From Lama guanicoe (lineage: Eukaryota), in assembly GCA_013239625.1 (NCBI GenBank), contig MU053513.1, positions 3,212,927-3,276,926 on the forward strand: DNA of 64,000 nt, given 5' to 3'. Shown here one piece after another: positions 63,490 through 64,000 of this stretch. The position numbers were made by a program, and so were the translations under genes. Below the pieces are notes generated by a model. The model worked only from the letters and a program-made list of their open reading frames with translations, did no database searches and was not told the DNA's origin. Position 1 is the first letter of the stretch, and every line of letters starts with the position of its first letter.

Positions 63490-64000
63490 AGATTCTTAAA
63501 ATCTAGAACGAGAGAAAACTGTAGGAGAAAAAATTGAGATATATAATAGAGACTTCATTAACAGACCAGAAATAAATTCACAGAGAAGAAATAGCAGAAC
63601 TTTTTAAAATTTTTGTGTTTTGGTGGATATAAAAAGCTTACCAGATACCAGGTAAAACTGAAAAGACAAAAACAAAAACAAAAACATCTAGACATAATTC
63701 AATGACATTTTAAAATTTCAAGGATAAAGAAATTTAGAAAACTAAAATACAAACATAAACAAAAATGTGATCTAAAATATTTCCACGAATTAATACCAGA
63801 GAAATCTTACTCAGCATTCACCAAACTTCAAAGAGAAAGATTCTGCAATATACAACCAAGTTGTTGTTTGTGTAAAAAAAGAAAGATATTTTTAGTTATA
63901 CAAAGATTCACAACACATACTCCTAAAATTACCTTCCTAAAAATATTTACTTGAAAGAGGTTGAGGGGAAAATTAAAATTAAAGAAATTAAGTTTGAGAA
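63490..64000 (+). mobile_element. old L1/HAL1 ORF1-region remnant
   Basis: A-rich; catctagacataattcaatgacattttaaaatttcaaggataaaga resembles the decayed ORF1 segment PRHI.V.F...KDKE. Confidence 0.5.

Noticed and set aside
1..64000. CRISPR arrays, operons, retrons or other prokaryotic-type systems
   Set aside because: The sequence is mammalian repeat-rich DNA with no regularly spaced repeat array and no gene-dense region.

Overview
This is AT-rich mammalian genomic DNA, most likely camelid, inferred from two tRNA-derived SINEs and the style of the young L1 3' ends. I recognise no protein-coding gene, tRNA, rRNA or known ncRNA; most ORFs in the track lie in repeats or are chance ORFs. Much of the window is interspersed repeat: L2, MIR, old and young L1, MaLR/ERVL/ERV1 LTRs, and hAT and Tc-Mariner elements. 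Several have target-site duplications (TSDs) readable directly in the sequence. Repeat family names come from recalled consensus similarity, not a database search, and boundaries without a TSD are approximate. The best-supported unusual structures are: (1) a ~190-bp inverted duplication (46701-46890 / 47531-47717) copying a Tigger/MER82-like transposon end plus its host flank; (2) a TSD-flanked, polyadenylated mosaic insert (32798-33222) that looks like a retrocopy of a TE-mosaic non-coding transcript; (3) two ultra-short retroinsertions; (4) a multiply nested TE stack at 31-35.5 kb. More speculative are plus-strand exon-like segments (8503-8702, 14994-~15530, 41067-41244, 49868-~50045) and promoter/enhancer-like islands at ~13.3, ~37 and ~40.3 kb with kB, IRF and G-quadruplex motifs, hinting at unannotated, possibly immune-inducible lncRNA transcription. 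I found no convincing novel multi-gene system.
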